Source: a virus. Taken from it: a stretch of DNA of 64,000 nucleotides. The notes below the pieces were generated by a model. It had not been told where the DNA came from. It was given only the letters and a program-made list of their open reading frames with translations, and did not search any database. A program made the position numbers and the translations under genes. Below, piece after piece: positions 60,595 through 64,000 of this stretch; within the stretch, counting starts at the first letter, position 1, and each line of letters opens with the position of its first letter. Location of the stretch: positions 4,999 to 68,998 of the IMG/VR virus record IMGVR_UViG_3300033142_001194; one strand, 5' to 3'.

Positions 60595-60698
60595 TTTATG
60601 TTCCCTTATTTTAGATAAAAAAATACCCCAATTAAGAGGTATGTATTACTTATACATATATTGATAGAGAATTATTATTATGTCTAACTGTATAAGCA

Positions 60699-61667
60699 TT
60701 ATGGAAGATCAGCATCTAAAAGATTACCACCTAAAAGATTAGCATCTTTAAGGTTAGCACCTATAAGATTGGCACCTATAAGATTGGCACCTTTAAGGTT
60801 AGCATCTAAAAGATTAGCACCTTCAAGGTTAGTAACTGAAAGGTTAGCACCTTCAAAGTTAACACTTCTAAGATAAGCACTTGAAAGGTTAGCACTTCTA
60901 AGGTTAGCACTTCTAAGGTTAGCATCTAAAAGGTTAGCACCTTCAAGGTTAGCACCTATAAGATTGGCACCTTCAAGATTAGCTTTTATAAGATTGGCAT
61001 CTTCAAGATTAGCTTTTTTAAGGTTAGCATCTAAAAGATTAACACCTTTAAGGTTAGCACTTAAAAGATTAGCATCTAAAAGGTTAGCACTTCTAAGATA
61101 AGCACCTTCAAGGTTAGCATATGAAAGATCAACATATGAAAGGTTAGCACCTATAAGATTAGCACCTTTAAGGTTAGCACCTTTAAGGTTAGCACCTTTA
61201 AGGTTAACACTTCTAAGATAAGCACCTGAAAGGTTAGCATCTAAAAGATTGGTACCTTCAAGGTTAGTAACTGAAAGGTTAGCACCTATAAGATTAGCAT
61301 ATGACAGATTAGCATCTATAAGATCAGTACCTATAAAATTAGTACCTTCAAGATTAGCACCTTCAAGATTAACACTTGAAAGATCAGCATTTTCAAGATT
61401 AGTAACTGAAAGGTTAGCATATGACAGGTTAGCACCTAAAAGGTTAGCATCTATAAGATCAGCACCTTTTAGATTAGCACCTTCAAGGTTAGCACTTGAA
61501 AGGTTAGCACTTGAAAGGTTAGCACTTGAAAGATCAGCACCTTTTAGATTAGCATTTTCAAGATTAACACATTTAGTTATTGCTGCTTCAACTGTTATTT
61601 TAATTGAGTTATCCCACTGAAAATGTTTAAAAATAACTTCACCTGTATTTTCATTTTGTATTTTCAT
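60699..61667 (-). CDS. Pentapeptide repeat protein 2
   Basis: Shared leader, A(N/D)Lxx repeats. Confidence 0.9.
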   Translation of the reverse strand: MKIQNENTGEVIFKHFQWDNSIKITVEAAITKCVNLENANLKGADLSSANLSSANLSSANLEGANLKGADLIDANLLGANLSYANLSVTNLENADLSSVNLEGANLEGTNFIGTDLIDANLSYANLIGANLSVTNLEGTNLLDANLSGAYLRSVNLKGANLKGANLKGANLIGANLSYVDLSYANLEGAYLRSANLLDANLLSANLKGVNLLDANLKKANLEDANLIKANLEGANLIGANLEGANLLDANLRSANLRSANLSSAYLRSVNFEGANLSVTNLEGANLLDANLKGANLIGANLIGANLKDANLLGGNLLDADLP

Positions 61668-61727
61668 TCTGTATCCTTGCCTTATTTTAGATAAAAAAAT
61701 ACCCCAATTAAGAGGTATCTTATTTAA

Positions 61728-62465
61728 TTAAATTGTACCTTTAAGGTTAGCACCTTTAAGATTAGCACTTGAAAGATCAGTACCTTTAAGATTAGCACCT
61801 TTAAGATTAGCACCTTCAAGGTTAGCACCTGAAAGATCAGTATCTATAAGATAAGCATCTTTAAGGTTAGTACTTGAAAGGTTAGCTTTTATAAGGTTAG
61901 CACCTTCAAGGTTAGCATCTGAAAGATTAGCACCTTTAAGGTTAGCATCTCTAAGATAAGCACTTGAAAGATTAGCACCGTCAAGATTAGCAAAAAAAAG
62001 GTTAGCACCTATAAGGTTAGCATCTATAAGATTAGCATCTATAAGATTAGCATCTTTAAGATTAGCATCTTTAAGATTAGCACCGTCAAGATTGGCATCT
62101 TCAAGATTAGCACTTCTAAGATCAGTACCTTCAAGGTTAGCACTTCTAAGGTTAGCACTTCTAAGGTTAACATCTATAAGATTAGCACCTATAAGATCAG
62201 CACCTCTAAGATCAGCACCTCTAAGATCAGCACCTCTAAGCTTAGCATCTCTAAGATCAGCACCTATAAGATCAGCACCTATAAGATCAGCACCTATAAG
62301 ATTAGCATCTCTAAGATCAGCACTTATAAGATTAGCATTTTCAAGATCAGCATCTATAAGATCAGTACCTTTAGCTATTGCTGCTTCAACTGTTGCTTTA
62401 ATTGAGTTATTCCGTTGAAAATGTTTAAAAATAACTTCACCTGTATTTTTATTTAGTATTTTCAT
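61728..62465 (-). CDS. Pentapeptide repeat protein 1
   Basis: Start placed at 62465 by homology with paralogs (MKILNKNTGEVIF). Confidence 0.9.
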   Translation of the reverse strand: MKILNKNTGEVIFKHFQRNNSIKATVEAAIAKGTDLIDADLENANLISADLRDANLIGADLIGADLIGADLRDAKLRGADLRGADLRGADLIGANLIDVNLRSANLRSANLEGTDLRSANLEDANLDGANLKDANLKDANLIDANLIDANLIGANLFFANLDGANLSSAYLRDANLKGANLSDANLEGANLIKANLSSTNLKDAYLIDTDLSGANLEGANLKGANLKGTDLSSANLKGANLKGTI

Positions 62466-62560
62466 TTTATGTTTCCTTATTTTAGGCAAAAAAATACCTC
62501 CATTAAGAGGTATGTATCACTTATATAGGTATTGATAGAAATGGATAATTAATGACTATC

Positions 62561-62752
62561 TTATTTACCTGTTCTTACTTTTACTCTTTTCAATCTAGTT
62601 TCATTTTCTGCTGATAGAAAACCAAATTCAAATTCATTTCTATAATTACCTGAATACGTAGTGATAGGTAAACCACTATAAAAGACATTCTCACCTTGTG
62701 TGTAAGCAGTCTCTTGATTAATTACATCTTGTGTTTCTACATTTTCTTCCAT
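62561..62752 (-). CDS. Hypothetical protein
   Basis: MEENVETQ... immediately after the ATPase stop. Confidence 0.45.
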   Translation of the reverse strand: MEENVETQDVINQETAYTQGENVFYSGLPITTYSGNYRNEFEFGFLSAENETRLKRVKVRTGK

Positions 62753-62754
62753 TA

Positions 62755-63405
62755 TTAATCCCGCATCCAATTTGTTATTACCCTTTCACCACCGGATCCT
62801 CTTCCCTTTTTGACTATGGTTTTATGTGTAATATCTTTAGTTTCCCCAGATTTTCCTCTGGGAATAATAGAATCCATATAAATATACTCTGCACAATTTC
62901 TTGCAAGATATTTATTGTCTTTAAATACTCCATCTTTACCTACATAATCTTCAGGATGGCAAATAATAATTACAGTACACTGATGGGAATGTGCTAAATC
63001 TTCTAACGCTTTAGCTAAGGTTTCTTTACTTTTTCTAGTTTCATCAATTTCCAATATTTCTGATAATCTCTGGTAGGTATCAAAAATTACCACTTTATCT
63101 TTTAAGCCTGAAATATTATTTTCTTTTAATGCAGCAATTACCAATTCTTCACCATACTGGTTTGCAAGTAAACCATCAATAGGTGAGTAATCTAAGTTAG
63201 CTACTATAGGAATAATGTCTTCTGAATTTAAGAATTTAATAGTTGTATACGTTTTACCTGTTCCCGGTAAACCTACAATTAAAGTTACTTCGTTTTTAGG
63301 AATAATCCCACCTATAAAGGTGTAATTAGGAATTATTAATTTAGTCATTTTTGATATATCCACGTTAGTCTCACTAAGTGTTAAAAGCAGAGGATCTCTT
63401 CTCAA
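62755..63405 (-). CDS. RecA-like/AAA P-loop ATPase (RepA/DnaB-like C-domain)
   Basis: Walker A GLPGTGKT, Walker B VVIFDT, LAHSHQCTVIIICH, KKGR; start codon uncertain. Confidence 0.7.
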   Translation of the reverse strand: MRRDPLLLTLSETNVDISKMTKLIIPNYTFIGGIIPKNEVTLIVGLPGTGKTYTTIKFLNSEDIIPIVANLDYSPIDGLLANQYGEELVIAALKENNISGLKDKVVIFDTYQRLSEILEIDETRKSKETLAKALEDLAHSHQCTVIIICHPEDYVGKDGVFKDNKYLARNCAEYIYMDSIIPRGKSGETKDITHKTIVKKGRGSGGERVITNWMRD

Positions 63406-63497
63406 GAGGGTTCCTATATATTGAATAAGCTACTGTACCGCGTTGCACGCTAAGCATTAGCTTAACTTATTTTATCTCTAAAGTCAAGTAAAAGTAA

Positions 63498-63998
63498 AAA
63501 TAAATATTAAAGGGTTTTGACCTTCGTGCTTTAACAGATATCTAGCAAAAATTTAAGGTTCTCGCGTCTTTTTGCGAGGTTCTTAAATCTTTTGTGACGA
63601 TATCTGGTATGCACATATACATATTGATAGAGAAATATTATTATCGTGCAGTGAGAAGCCTTATAGGGCTATAGGATTGAAAGCTACAGGAGTACACGAA
63701 GTGTACAAACAAAGGTATAACAGTATAAGGTAATAGGATACCAATACAACCATATAGTAAATACCTTTTATATACCGATTGTTAAGCCTTTAAGGGGTCT
63801 ACAAGCAACGATAAAGGTATTTGGTCATGATTATGTATTATTACTATTATCGTGTAGTGAGAAGCCTTATATAGTTATATATATATGTGCATATCAGATA
63901 GGGATAAAAGGTTAAGGCACTGCCACAAAAAGACGTGGCATCGCCTTAACTTTCACCCTATCTGCTAAAGCACGAAAAGAAGAAAACCCTATTTATTT
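63498..63998. other. Large inverted-repeat element: two long hairpins with complementary loops flanking 27-bp direct repeats
   Basis: 63523-63540 pairs with 63959-63976 (17/18); 63601-63619 with 63882-63900 (18/19); loops GTCTTTTT 63566-63573 and AAAAAGAC 63927-63934; direct repeats 63639-63665 and 63845-63871. Confidence 0.8.
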
Positions 63999-64000
63999 GA

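Larger units (their letters stand above)
58903..62513 (-). repeat. Five copies of a terminator-like hairpin ATACC(T/C)C-N5-6-GAGGTAT delimiting the pentapeptide cassettes
   Basis: Copies at 58903-58930, 59855-59879, 60617-60642, 61693-61720, 62488-62513. Confidence 0.85.

Noticed and set aside
59026-62418. + strand ORFs made of RLAxx repeats (59026-59268, 59269-59523, 61249-61620, 62092-62418)
   Set aside because: Antisense shadows of the stereotyped GCT-AAY-CTT codons of the pentapeptide genes; no RBS
59007-62465. Possible CRISPR array or DGR in the repetitive region
   Set aside because: Repeats are in-frame 15-nt coding units with no repeat-spacer structure; no cas genes, reverse transcriptase or adenine-specific TR/VR pair seen

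Overview
This window is most of an AT-rich N4-like (Schitoviridae-type) lytic phage genome, apparently circularly permuted. The + strand block (4.2-35.5 kb) carries terminases, a lysis cassette, tail/fibre genes, portal, scaffold, major capsid and a 3421-aa virion RNA polymerase. The - strand blocks carry early genes (3.7 kb to 0.27 kb) and middle genes (63.4 kb to 35.5 kb): DNA polymerase A, primase, SSB, ERF recombinase, RusA, ThyX with an HNH intein, class II RNR split by a group I intron with an HNH gene, dUTPase, RNA ligase, GHKL ATPase and an adenine methyltransferase. The most unusual observations are: (1) a ~500-nt non-coding element at 63.5-64.0 kb made of two inverted long hairpins with diverged stems but exactly complementary loops, enclosing 27-bp direct repeats and lying next to a RecA-like ATPase; (2) a tandem cassette array of four pentapeptide-repeat genes built from shuffled 15-nt units, near a small protein that starts like the GyrB N-terminal arm; (3) RNAP II encoded as one polypeptide rather than the N4 gp15/gp16 pair; (4) dispersed C-GAA-G DNA hairpins and a modular early-gene leader. 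All family assignments come from motifs recognised by eye and from synteny with N4; no searches were run.
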